Source of the DNA: Octopus bimaculoides | Taxonomy: Eukaryota | NCBI RefSeq assembly: GCF_001194135.2 | Contig: NC_068984.1 | Span: 130,734,657 to 130,798,656 of the forward strand | Direction: 5' to 3' | DNA length: 64,000 nt | Part shown: positions 14,392-27,089 of the stretch, one piece after another | Layout: each line of letters starts with the position of its first letter | How positions within the stretch are numbered: the stretch's first letter is position 1 | The notes under the pieces: generated by a model | What the model saw: only the letters and a program-made list of their open reading frames with translations | What the model was told of the DNA's origin: nothing | Databases searched by the model: none | Position numbers and translations under genes: made by a program

Positions 14392-14457
14392 GAACCGTTA
14401 ATCCCTACACAATTTTTTTTTCTCTCCATCTTTAATTTTCGTTCTCTCTCCATTTAA

Positions 14458-14495
14458 CACTTCTGTCGAAGAGCGTAAGCTCGAAACATCAAAGT
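14458..14495 (+). ncRNA. Degenerate second copy of the variant hammerhead-like motif
   Basis: CUGUCGA-A-GAGC(GUAA)GCUC-GAAA-CA-UC-AAAG; stem I shortened and CG changed to CA. Confidence 0.45.
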
Positions 14496-16858
14496 CTTTT
14501 CCATTCTTCCCAGGTGTCAAATTTCGTTTTGGTATTTATGGGAGCAGCTGTTTTCGAAGACTCATATTGTCGTTCAATGCTCGAAATGAGGAGTAGATAG
14601 ACCGCCGACAACTGATGAAGGGTCGTTCTTTATGTTGCTTGCCCTGTTTTCCATTGTTTCTCTCGTTGTTTGCGTATTGAACTCATTTGTTTTCGTATGT
14701 GAAAAACTGTGGTGATGGTGGTGGAGGGGAAAGTGGTTAAGTCAAACGTATTGATGGTGGTGGCGTCAAAAGTCTGAATGATGTGTGCGTATGGCAGTTG
14801 TGGTGGTGATGGTGGTGGTACTAGTGATGTTGATGGTTGAAAACAATCAACAGATGGAAAAGGAGAGAGAAAGAAAAGGGTTAGGCAGAAAAAAAATTGT
14901 ACTGACCCCCGAATGTTGTTTATCATGCAGCTTTGCAATAAGTTCCAAGTCGACAAATTATATCATTGTTTTGATGATAATTGTTCATTGCTTGAAAAAT
15001 ATTGGTCAAGTTTAATAAAATTTGATAAGTACTCAATGCATGAAGTGTCATTGTTGGGCCCAAGGCCCCAATGAAGAGCCCTCCACAGGAGCTAGCTTAA
15101 AAACCGCCCGATAACCATGGCTCAAGTGAATGGGTTTGCACTGAATATATGCCTGTAGACATGGAAATAACAGTTGAATGGGGGGGAATTACCTTAGGCA
15201 GTCAGGGTTATCCTTGAAACGAGAAGGTTTCTCGTTTGGCCCCAGGTGGCGTTCTTCCTCTCTGGAGTTTCTATCTCATATTTATATATACCATTCTTTT
15301 CTGTCTTTCACCTGCCTGGTTTCTGCGTAAATCCCCAACGCCTTTTGTAACCTAATCCTATAATGTTCCCTCGTCCATGGCTATTTTGGTTCCAAAGTAA
15401 AATATTATTAGGGTACAATGGATCATTTAGTAATAGAATCATCAACATCATCTTCATTTAATGTCCATTTTCCCATGCTGCGTAGGTCAGACAAAATTTG
15501 TTGGAACAAATTTTCTACGACCGAATGCCCTTCCTGTCACCACCCCTCACCTGTTCCCAAGCAAGGTCATACTTTCCCATGGAAGAATGGGAACAAACAA
15601 CCTCACTTGTAGGACGAGGATGCTCATTTATAACCGTCACAAACAGATACGTGCATATACGTATACATACGTATATAAATATGTAAAAATACATACATAC
15701 ATACATACACACACCCAAGGTGCTGTTCAGTGGCACTGAATCCAAGACCACATGATTGAGAAGCGAGCTTCTTAAAAACACAGCCAAGCTTTGCATCTAT
15801 AAGAAAATAAGATTGGATGGTCACGGACGGAACATCCTTTGTTAGAGGTGTGATTGATTATGCCTTACCGGTGGGGGGGGGGAGTAAACAACAAACACCA
15901 GTCAAAATAATTACAAATAATATTTTTATTTTTATCTTTATTTGGGATTTTTAATTACTTTTATAAATGAGCATTCTCGAAATTCAGATAAATTTTCGAA
16001 TGTTCCATGTCATTCTAAAGGATAAAAACAATGGAAGTATTTAAAAGGTCATTTAAAATATCATAATTGACAGATAAATTACATCAGAATTGTTGCACTG
16101 AAATGGTTATACAATTTCAATGTATTCTTCATCTTTGATTAAGACTCTCTGGGCAAGTCACTTGGCCAGCTAGAAATAGCAGCCAAATCTACATCAACTC
16201 TCACCTTACCGCCCTAAAAAGGAAAGGCACGTCGGACAGTGTAGACGTAAATATACAAAAAAGAAAATAGACAGGATAGCCTCGGCTGGTGCGCCTTTGT
16301 TCATAAGCTGGCTCAATCCAGGTTTACCTGGGGTTAAACAATAGCAACATCGTGAAACCTGAAAGCCAACCATTTATATCTGGAGCGTAGATACACATGG
16401 CGGCCTTAACTAAGTACTTGATGCTGCGGCGGAGAGGGTAAAGCGAATTGACAAAAGCAAAAGACCACAAGTAGTAGAACATGGGAAGATAAAGTTTCTC
16501 TGGGAAGGAGAACGTTGTAAACCATCCACTTTAAGGAAAAAGAATTATCCAAAATGGGATACCGGTTGTCAAGCAGTGCTGTGAGACAAAAAAGCACACA
16601 CACACACATATGACGGGCTTCTTTCAGTTTCCGGCTACCAAATCCACTCACAAGGCTTTGATCGACCTGAGGTTATAATACTATATAGAAGATACGTGCC
16701 TAAAGTACCACGCAGTGGGACTGAACTTGAAATCGTATAGTTGGGAAGCTAGCTTTTTGCCACATAGCCATGCCTATCACAGAAAAAATAAAATATATAG
16801 TTTGTTTCTGTTTTCCATTTATTTTAATCTTTATATTTCATCAATGATTTTTAACAGA

Positions 16859-17110
16859 TCAGTCAATAATATATTCTCCTTCATTGTTCACGACATCTTG
16901 CCAACGTTCCACTAACTTATCAATGCCTTGACGGTAAGAATCATTGGATCTTGACTCGAAGAAGCCACTGAGCTACGTTTTAGGTTCCACGTGGTTGTTG
17001 AATGAAATGCCTCGGAGACTGTTCAAGAACGACCGAAAAAGATGATAATCAGGAGAATATGGTGGGTGCGGTAGAACTTCCAAACCGAATAGCATTTTTG
17101 GCGAATTTAG
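16859..17110 (-). mobile_element. Mariner transposase C-terminal remnant
   Basis: EVLPHPPYSPD-YHLFRS...YRQGIDKLVERWQDVVNNEGEYIID*; internal stop; LAPSD missing. Confidence 0.92.
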
Positions 17111-17113
17111 CGA

Positions 17114-18916
17114 CAAGTGGCGCCCGCCAAATCAGAAAGATCCTTTAGAGTCAATATTTACGAATCATAAGGTAGTGAGCTGGCAGAATCGTAAGCACAT
17201 GGGGCAAAATACTTAACGGCATTTTGTCTCACTTTACGTTCGGAGTTCAAGTACCACCGAGGGCGATTTTGCCTTTCATCCATTCGGAGTCGAAGAAGCA
17301 CGCCGGGTTGCTGGTTGAATCGTTTCAGCTACATTGCCCATTGAGTAGAGTTGACGGCCGGCCGTATGAGAGCGAGCATCCTATCTACTGAGTCAATTCC
17401 CAGTGGATTGGCGCAGATCCTCGTGGGTGAGATCGTTCAATCGATACTCGTTGAACTGAACAGTGAAATCGAATTTCCATTCCTTGAAGTGTGAGAACCG
17501 TTTCTTCGCAGTTNNNNNNNNNNNNNNNNNNNNNNNNNNNNNNNNNNNNNNNNNNNNNNNNNNNNNNNNNNNNNNNNNNNNNNNNNNNNNNNNNNNNNNN
17601 NNNNNNNNNNNNNNNNNNNNNNNNNNNNNNNNNNNNNNNNNNNNNNNNNNNNNNNNNNNNNNNNNNNNNNNNNNNNNNNNNNNNNNNNNNNNNNNNNNNN
17701 NNNNNNNNNNNNNNNNNNNNNNNNNNNNNNNNNNNNNNNNNNNNNNNNNNNNNNNNNNNNNNNNNNNNNNNNNNNNNNNNNNNNNNNNNNNNNNNNNNNN
17801 NNNNNNNNNNNNNNNNNNNNNCTGACAACCCAATAAAAAAGCTAATATATATATATATCCAGTGGACCCCGTTTAACTTTGTTGTCTTAGAAGTTGAAGC
17901 CGAATGGTTAAGGAATACTCTTTATAATCACGTGGCTCCAGTTTTTGGTCTTACTGTAAGGTATTTCAAGGAAATGTTCTTTAACATCGATTTCAAATTT
18001 TGGCACAAGGCCAGCAGTCTCAGGGAAGGGTTAGTCGATTACATCGACTCCAGTGCTCAACTGGTACGAAAGGCTGAAAAGCAAAGTCGACCTCGGCGGA
18101 ATTTGAACTCAGAACACGAAGACAGATGAAATACTGAGAAGCATTTCGCTCGACGTGATAACGACTCTACCAACTCGCCGCCTTCGAAATGTTATTTAAT
18201 ATCAATAGGTGTGTGTTTATGAATATTGGCTCCATACCTGCACAAGTATTTGGAGCTGTAATCGTCTCATTTCAGGAACTATATTGTTATTTCAAATATT
18301 ACGCATATCTATTCAAGTCAAATTTAAAAAACAACAACAACAAAACAATAAAAAAATCGATCAAAAATAAGAAAATACACTGTCTTCAAAATAATATGAA
18401 ACGAATTTTTTAAACTTCAACATATAAGGGAAATAAAAATACTGATTCTTTTTTCTAAAGGAAATAAAAATAAATTTGGACAGAACATAAGGAAGGGAAG
18501 ATGTTACACAAAAATAATTATTACCAAATTATTATATGGGGCCATATTTGGTTTTTCTTTTATTATTTGATCTCTTTAGTTGTATGTTTTCTTTTTCATA
18601 ATGTATGTAAATGTTGTGTAATATTTGTACTATCCTATCAATAGGATTCATGAATATTGGTTTCAAATTTTGGCACCAGGCCAGCAATTTCGGGGGAGGG
18701 AGCTATCGATTATATCGACCCCAGTGCTCAACTGGCGTTTATTTCATTGACTCCGAATGGATGAAAGACAAAATCGCCCTCGGTGGTACTTGAACTCCGA
18801 ACGTAAAGTGAGACAAAATGCCGTTAAGCATTTTGCCCCGTGTGCTTACGATTCTGCCAGCATGATTCGTAAATATTGATTCTAAAGGATCTTTCTGATT
18901 TGGCGGGCGCCACTTG
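17114..18916. repeat. Local inverted duplication, arms 17114-17291 and 18749-18916
   Basis: Arms share unique flank plus a SINE part with the same private substitutions; one 10-nt indel. Confidence 0.88.
17393..17821 (-). CDS. Candidate terminal exon of an unidentified gene, mostly hidden in an N gap
   Basis: Visible frame TAKKRFSHFKEWKFDFTVQFNEYRLNDLTHEDLRQSTGN* (17512-17393) is non-repetitive and CpG-rich. The sequence just right of the gap reads ttagcttttttattgggttgtcAG on the minus strand, an acceptor-like site ending at 17822. Confidence 0.45.
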   Translation of the reverse strand, partial: XXXXXXXXXXXXXXXXXXXXXXXXXXXXXXXXXXXXXXXXXXXXXXXXXXXXXXXXXXXXXXXXXXXXXXXXXXXXXXXXXXXXXXXXXXXXXXXXXXXXXXXTAKKRFSHFKEWKFDFTVQFNEYRLNDLTHEDLRQSTGN

Positions 18917-20724
18917 CTTTCTTAACAAAACATTTTCAAACTTGGAACACTGGTAGAATGTGTCATATAAAACATTTTTTACTCTTAGTGTTATTGAGAA
19001 AATGTTATCTTTTTAAAGTTATTTTGTGTTAAAATTGACGTATTTCGGTAATTTTAACCAATCACTGACGTCTATTGAGGTGAAAACAATTACTGCTGTG
19101 GAATGTAAACAACACGTTCTAGCGGTGTAATGGGATCTTTTCCCTTGAATAAAATTAGTGCCGTTGTTTGTCAACAACAACTATCGGCGGTACTGTTATT
19201 TATGACATCGTTCGTGCATTTGTACTGGTTTTAGCTTTAGGGTTTTAGGGTTAGGGTTCGGGTTAGGGTTATGAGTAAAATGCTCATAACCCTAACTCTG
19301 GACGATTTGATTGAGGACTGGCGGACCAGATGGCTGCACTAGGCTCCAATCTGATCTGGCAGAGTTTCTACAGCTGGATGCTCTTTGTAACGCCAACCAC
19401 TCCGAGAGTCTAGTGGGTGCTTTTATGTGCCACTGGCATGAGGGCCATTCAGGCGTATATGTATATATAAGAACACAAGTGGCACGCCAAACTCACAACG
19501 GTTGTTTTGGCAGCATTTTATTGATGCATCCTTAGATTACATCATATTAAAAACATGCCATTATCATGTAAATTTTAAACACACACACACACACACACAC
19601 ACACCTGTATGTATGTGTAGATAGATAGATAGATAGATAGATACATATGTGTGTGTGTGTGTGCATGTATGGATGTATGTGTATCTTTGTGTTGCGTTTC
19701 GCATCAACCACTGCTCGACAACTGATGTAGAATAAGTACCAGACTTCAAGAAAACAAGTACTGGGTTTGATTTTTTTTTTTACTAAACCCTTCAAGGTGG
19801 TGCTTCAGCATGGCTGCAGTCCAACGATTAAAACAAGTAAAAGATAAAAGAAACAAAAAAACTCATGGTTAACCTCCCCAGGTACACTTCCCCATCCATT
19901 GACTAGCATGGCATGCACATACCACTTACCACTCAGTTCTAGCATGACCTCGGTACAGTTTACTTTTTTCCATACAGTAGTAGTATGTGATGATTCAGAG
20001 ATCGGGTTTCAAATTTAGGTTATCTTCACTGCTAATTGTTATGAGATATCACATCTACTCCTTACACTCACACACATACACATGTATACATATACTTATA
20101 TATATATATGTCCATGGATATATAAAAGACACTTGTATGAAAGATATACATACACACGCATTCACATACGATAACATAAATAATATTAGTTTCATTTCAA
20201 GATAACACAGTTGGCTGCTGTTGGTGAAGATGGTGTGGTTGGTGGCAGTTGCAATGATGGTGTTGTTCTTATTGGTGGTGGTCGTCGTGGTGATGGTATT
20301 CAACGCTGTTAATGATGTTAGTGGCTTTTATGATGATGTTGTTTAACCGCAGGTCAGCAGTTCAAATTCCGCTGAGGTCAACTTTGCCTTTCATCTTTTC
20401 AGGGTCGATAAAATAAGTACCAGTGTTAACTGGTACTTATTTTGGGGTTGATATAATTGACTTACTCCTCCCCTAAAATTGCTGACCTTGTGCTGAAATT
20501 TGAAACCATTATTAAGGGGACAAGCTGGCAGAATTGTTAGTAAACCAGACAAATTGCTTAATGGCATTTCTCCCAGCTTTACAATTTGAATTCAAATTCC
20601 ACCGAAGTTAACTTTGCTTTTCATCCTTTCAGGGTCAGTAAACTAAAACACTGATTAAGTACTAGGGTTACTGTAATTGACTTGCTTCCTCTACAGAACA
20701 TTGTTAGCCCTGTGCCAAAATTAA

Positions 20725-20946
20725 CCCTTCTGTTACCATACTTTCGTTGAGATACACCCTTTTTATTTCAATTAATTTTGAAAATAATAAAGAATTTACT
20801 AAAATATCTTGGTCATTACTAAGTTGGTAATTAGGACATAAATTAACATGGAAGCTTAATGAGAAATTTTTATTTAGATCACCTTAAAACAGGAAGTCTG
20901 TAACATAGAAGCTAGGGCAGTCTTGGGCAAGTTGGTATCAAAAGGG
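20725..20946. mobile_element. piggyBac-like MITE
   Basis: TTAA on both sides; TIR cccttctgttacca / tggtatcaaaaggg (12/14 match). Confidence 0.75.
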
Positions 20947-21028
20947 TTAAAAAGAATTATGAAATTGGTATTTAGAATATAAATCAATATGAAATTTTGG
21001 TGGAAGGTTTTAATTTATGATACTTTAA

Positions 21029-21249
21029 CCCTTTAGCATTCACATTATTCTATCAAATCTAATGCTTATTTATTCACATTGTTTTGAATTAATCATGCAC
21101 TATCTTGTAGCTATGAGATTTTGATGAGGCAACAATTAATGTTTTAGAATGGCATTGTAGGGTAGGTGGGAGAAACCAAATCTGGCCAGTTTGAACATAA
21201 AACAGGTAGAATAATTTGGCTGGATATGGCTGGTTTAAATACTAAAGGT
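21029..21249. mobile_element. piggyBac-like MITE, family 2
   Basis: TTAA flanks, CCCTTTAGCATT terminus; reverse-complement homologue of 22857-23062. Confidence 0.75.
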
Positions 21250-22856
21250 TTAAAGCAGAAAGTTTCTTTCTATCATAGAATCGAGTATGGTTTCAGGCAG
21301 CTAGGCATCAAAAGGGTTAAACTATCAAAGTTTTTGGTACAAGGATAAGAATTCAAGAATTGAAACATTTTAACAATTGTTTTGAATGTTTTGGATAACA
21401 TATATAATTGTCTAATGAACAACATATATTATTTCAAAGACTATTTCACTTCTGAGTGGTTAGTAGTTTGCAAGGCATCTAACCGTAAAAAAAACACCAT
21501 GTAAATATCCAAATCCTGCCTCTCCACTCCTTCTAGAAAGCTTTTCCCCCCATAGTGGCAGTAGCTTGAGAAAATAGATGTAAAAAGTATTCGAAATAAA
21601 AGACAAACTAAGAGTGCATGAAAATTCTTTTAAAAAATAAAAGAGATTATTTATATTTGAAGGATCAGAGTTTTGGTTATATGGATGTTTAAGGAATATA
21701 ATGTTCCTATTATTAGTTGGAAAAAATTAAAATTATAAAATGTTGAAGGAATGAAAATAAGATGTCAAGAGGTTCGAAAAAAAATATATATACAAATATA
21801 TATATTGTGGTTGTCAAACACAGTCGAGCTTTGACAAGAAAGTCACATTGAAATCTTTAGGGACTGTTTCAAAGAATTTATCTCATTTTAACTTAAAGAA
21901 TTGTGGTGTTATTAACCAAATAGCATCTGTCACTAAGTTGTTCACTTCTCTCACAATTTAAAAGATAAAGAAAATAAAAAACAGAAAAAACATGACGGAA
22001 AACTCTCATGTTTCATTTTACCTTTTTATTTAATGTTCTTGTTTTTCTGTGGCAGCTTAAGTAAACTAAATTCTTTCATTCTATTTGAAAAATATTTCCC
22101 ACTATTTTCAGCCACATGTTTTTTCTGACTTAATTTCCACTTCTCAGATATGAAATGTCTCCCATTACACACTGAAAGTATCTTCTGAAACGAGAGAGTA
22201 CCTCCATCTTCTCTAGATTTTGTAGCATGAATGAGATAAGAGAAATATAAAAATTACAACCAGCTGTATCATAAAAAAAAAATTACTTCTGATAACCAAT
22301 AAGAACTAATAAATAAAGAAAAGACATGATTCGTCCTAAGGTTATTTTCCACACAAGACTTGTTAGGAACCAAAAGATGTCAAAGACATTATCTTCAATG
22401 TCTTTTTGTATTTTTCTCTTTTTTATGTTTCATTTTCTTATTTAAATTCAAATCCAAATACAGTTTGACAAAGAAAGTAGTTTCAAATTCCATTTGAAGT
22501 TACCGAGTTCAATTTTGTTTATTTTACAACTCTTGTTCAATAAGAGACAAAACAAAAGTCATTATAATTCGAGAACAAACAAAGTTGAGGCTGTAATAAT
22601 ATCTTAAACTGCTGTCAGTCATGAACTGAGGAGGAGTAGAGGAGATTCAGATGAATAGATAAAAATAACGATTAGGAAAGAAACAAGCAGAGAGATAACA
22701 GAGCTACAAAGTTGTTATTTGCCAGAGATTTACTGGTGTGAAATTATGATTCTGTAGTGCCAGTTTAACATGTTAACTGCCTCACACTGCATACTATTTA
22801 ATTGCAAGGAAATGTAATTTTTCACATTTTTACAATATTTCATAATTAAACTTTAA

Positions 22857-23062
22857 CCCTTTAGTATTTAAACTGGCCATATCCAACCAAAATAATCTAC
22901 CTGTTTTATGTTCAAACTGGCCAGATTCAGCCTCTCACACCTAGCCTAAAAAATATACAGTCACATAATCAAAATCTCAAAGCTACAAGATAATCAGGAT
23001 AAATTCAAAACAATGTGAATAATAAGTGTTACATTTGATAGGGTAATCTGAATGCTGCAGGG
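22857..23062. mobile_element. piggyBac-like MITE, family 2, inverted copy
   Basis: ttaa-CCCTTTAGTATT ... AATGCTGCAGGG-ttca; homologous to 21029-21249 in opposite orientation. Confidence 0.7.
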
Positions 23063-23572
23063 TTCATATTTAGCACTCCTGTTATTTAAATATCATTGAT
23101 TCCATGTCAAAGATACAGAAAAAAAAAATTTCTCAAATGATGAAGTGTACTACTGGTGATGCATATTGCAGTTGCATGAAGTTTGTGATGAACCACTGTT
23201 GGTACATGTGGAGGTTAAAGTGTCAAAGAACATGAGGTCAATTCTAAAGCAAATATTTCCTTATGTTTCTGAAGTTGGGTACTTTATTCTACATTACCTC
23301 AGTTTGGTACCTAATTGGTATCAAACTACATTCAGCTTCTGCCAAAAATTCAAAAAGTGTTTCTTCCAAAAGCTATTATACAGCTGAACTTCACCTTTTA
23401 TAATTGAAGTGTATGCATATATGTCTGTGCAGTAGCATTCTGGATTCTGTCCCACTGTGCTGTACCTTGGGCATGTGTCATTCTACTATAGCCCTAGGCT
23501 GACCAATACCTTGTGAATGAATTTAATAGACAGAAACTGTGTGGAAGCCTGTCATATGTATACATATATACA

Positions 23573-23616
<44 letters not shown>

Positions 23617-23933
23617 NNNNNNNNNNNNNNNNNNNNNNNNNNNNNNNNNNNNNNNNNNNNNNNNNNNNNNNNNNNNNNNNNNNNNNNNNNNNNNNNNNNN
23701 NNNNNNNNNNNNNNNNNNNNNNNNNNNNNNNNNNNNNNNNNNNNNNNNNNNNNNNNNNNNNNNNNNNNNNNNNNNNNNNNNNNNNNNNNNNNNNNNNNNN
23801 NNNNNNNNNNNNNNNNNNNNNNNNNNNNNNNNNNNNNNNNNNNNNNNNNNNNNNNNNNNNNNNNNNNNNNNNNNNNNNNNNNNNNNNNNNNNNNNNNNNN
23901 NNNNNNNNNNNNNNNNNNNNNNNNNNNNNNNNN

Positions 23934-23989
<56 letters not shown>

Positions 23990-25016
23990 TGTATATATGT
24001 ATGTATGTATGTATATATATAATATGTATGTATATATGTATGTGTGTGTGGCTTTGAGTCTGTCCTCCACAATACTTGACAACTGGTGTTTATTTGTTTA
24101 CATTCCTGCATCCTAGCAGTTGAAAAAAAGAGTCCAATAGGAAAAAAATAATAAAGAAAGAAATCCTTGGGTTGACTTGTGTGACTAAAACCCCTCGGGG
24201 CAGTGCCCAAGCAAGGCTGCAGTCAAGTGATTGAAACAAGCACAACATAAGATAAGACAATATCAGATAAGACAATAATTAATTCATTTACAAGTAAAAA
24301 CTAAGCAAAAAATATATAAATAATTCTTGAAATGAAATCAGGCTAATTATATGGAACTTTAACAGAAATGCCTTGTTTGTTTCTATTTTTTGTTATCTTT
24401 GAGTAATTTTGAATTCCATCCTAAAACTGTTATATTTTTCTCTCATTTTACATGATACAAAGGCATTGATAACATCAAGATTTTCAATGCTTTATGAGAA
24501 AGGGTGAAATGAAGCCAACAGTCTTTTGGTTTATTGAGATTTTTAAATATGATAAAATCTATTTCAACTTGCTGAAAGATCACTCACAGCTAGAAATTAA
24601 AATAGCAATAGTGATTATTATCTGAAAAACTAATCTCAAATTTGGAAAAAAGAAAAAAAAAACAGAAAAAGTTATCTTCATACTGAACAATAAACTTAGA
24701 AATCTGGATGTTTGGGAGACTTTTCCAGAAACATCTTACAGTGCAAGATATCTTCATAAGGTTCAGATTTGTATGTATCAATGTTATAAAACTGTGCATG
24801 ATTGAGACAAACTTTTTGAAAGCATGGCTGTGTGGTTAAGAAGCTTACTTTGTGACCATGTGGTTTCAGGTTCAGTTCCATTTTTCAACAAGTATCTTCT
24901 ACAATAACCCCAGACAGACCAATGCCTAGTGAGTGAATTTGATCAACAGAAACTGTGTGGAAGCCTGTCATTTCTATTTATCTATCTATCTGTCTGTCTG
25001 TGTATTTATCTGTATG

Positions 25017-25420
25017 TTGTTGTTGGCATCCTTTCGTCTTGGGAGACAATGGAATTGCGCATAAACCAATCCAGTCTGGTTTTTACATTTCATGTCCTCT
25101 CCAGTTTTGCGCAAGCCTGGGCACGATGTAAGAAAATCCTGGGTAACCCAATCGTCAGGGTTCTTCTCTCGACCTTGCTGCCGTAGTCCAAAGGAGTGCA
25201 GAGCATTACGTTTGGCACCAGCTTGGTTGCAGGAGCTGCCAGAAGAGCATCTAATCGAACACTAAACCGCTTATGGGGCTCCACTCTGGATTTCTTTGAA
25301 GGTTGTCTCCTTTCCGTAACCCTGGATAGGGGCCCATACTGGGTACTGTCAGCCGGAGCCAGCTGAACCCAGGACTCGTGTCAGGCAGGGTCGTCACTCC
25401 CTGAAGTAGTGAAGAAAATC
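25017..25420 (-). mobile_element. Probable 5' region of an RTE-clade LINE
   Basis: GC-rich non-coding block with GGCAGCTCCTGCAACCAAGCTGGTGCCAAAC, which I recall as similar to RTE/BovB-type 5' UTRs; no ORF confirmation. Confidence 0.45.
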
Positions 25421-26650
25421 GCTATGTATGTATATATATGTGTTTCTGTGTTTGTCCTTCATCACTGNNNNNNNNNNTTGACATTGACTTCAAGCAGAAG
25501 GGGGGTGGCATTATATCATTTGTATTTCTCTCTGCTCTGTTTACTTACAACACACATTGTCTGTTGGTAGGCCGAGGGCAGTTGATTTCTCTCACTTTCA
25601 GTGTTATTATATTCTGACATCAAAAAAAAAAAAAAAAAAACAGAAAGAAAGAAAAAGAAAAGAAAACTCCAAGCAAACAAACACTTTTTGCACCCCATCC
25701 CACCTCCACCTCTCTTGGTCCCTTCTCCCTGATAAACAAGACATAGGAAGGTTCTGGAAAGAAATCAACAGATGATATTAACAGAAATATGGTACAAGTG
25801 AATACAAAGACCCAGTCTTTGGTAACTCATAAGCAATAGTAGTAGTAGTAGTAACAACGACAATGACAATGACAATGACGACGGCAATGGTGATGATGAT
25901 GATGATGATGATGATAATATGCAGTTTGTATACATTCATGTTAAAGTGACACACCCCTTTCTATCCATTGAAGGGTAACTTTTTGTTTAGGATTCTTGGA
26001 GAGAGAGAGAGAGAGAGAGAGAGAGGGTGAGAGAGATGCAGAGAAAAATAAACAGACATCTGGAGACAGAGAGAGAAAGAGAGAATGTGGGGCATGAGAG
26101 AGAGTGTGGAGAGAGATATGCAGATGGAATTAGACAGAGACATCAAAAGAGACTGAGAGAGAGAGCGAGTCAGAGAGACGGATTGCTAGATAGATAGATA
26201 GATAGACAGATAGATAGATAGGTAGATAAATAGATAAATAGATAGACAGACAATCATCGTTTAACATCTGTTTCCATGCTAGCATGGGTTGGACGATTTG
26301 ACTGAGGACTGGCAAGCTAGAAGGCTGCTCCAGGCTCCAATCTATCTATCTATATATATATATATNNNNNNNNNNNNNNNNNNNNNNNNNNNNNNNNNNN
26401 NNNNNNNNNNNNNNNNNNNNNNNNNNNNNNNNNNNNNNNNNNNNNNNNNNNNNNNNNNNNNNNNNNNNNNNNNNNNNNNNNNNNNNNNNNNNNNNNNNNN
26501 NNNNNNNNNNNNNNNNNNNNNNNNNNNNNNNNNNNNNNNNNNNNNNNNNNNNNNNNNNNNNNNNNNNNNNNNNNNNNNNNNNNNNNNNNNNNNNNNNNNN
26601 NNNNNNNNNNNNNNNNNNNNNNNNNNNNNNNNNNNNNNNNNNNNNNNNNN

Positions 26651-26692
<42 letters not shown>

Positions 26693-27058
26693 GGAGGGGG
26701 AGAATGAGAAAGATTAAAAAAGGAGCAAGGAATATAGATGTACTTAATAACCAACCATACAATAAACAACATATGGTCTATAGCTGATGGTGACCCTTAA
26801 TAAACACAAAAGTGTCACCATTAAGGAGGGATTAGTTATTAGCTTTCTGCTGCCTGGTGGTTATTAGACTAATTCCCTAAACTGCAGCTGGCTCTGGGGT
26901 TACACTACTGCTGTTGCTGCGACAGCTGATGCTGGTGATAGTAGTAGTGGTGGTGGTAGTACCGGTGGTGGTGGTGGTGGTTGCGGTGATGATTGTGGTG
27001 GTGTCGATAGTGGTAGAGGTTGTGGTGGTGGTGGTGGTGGCAGTTGTGATAGTGGTTA

Positions 27059-27089
<31 letters not shown>

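Noticed and set aside
14612-14645. CTGATGAAGGG...CCC as another hammerhead
   Set aside because: No GAAA follows the putative stem II.
22130-25800. Short open frames MEVLSRFRRYFQCVMGD (minus, ~22.2 kb) and HRKVLERNQQMILTEIW (plus, ~25.75 kb)
   Set aside because: Too short, no homology and incomplete splice support.
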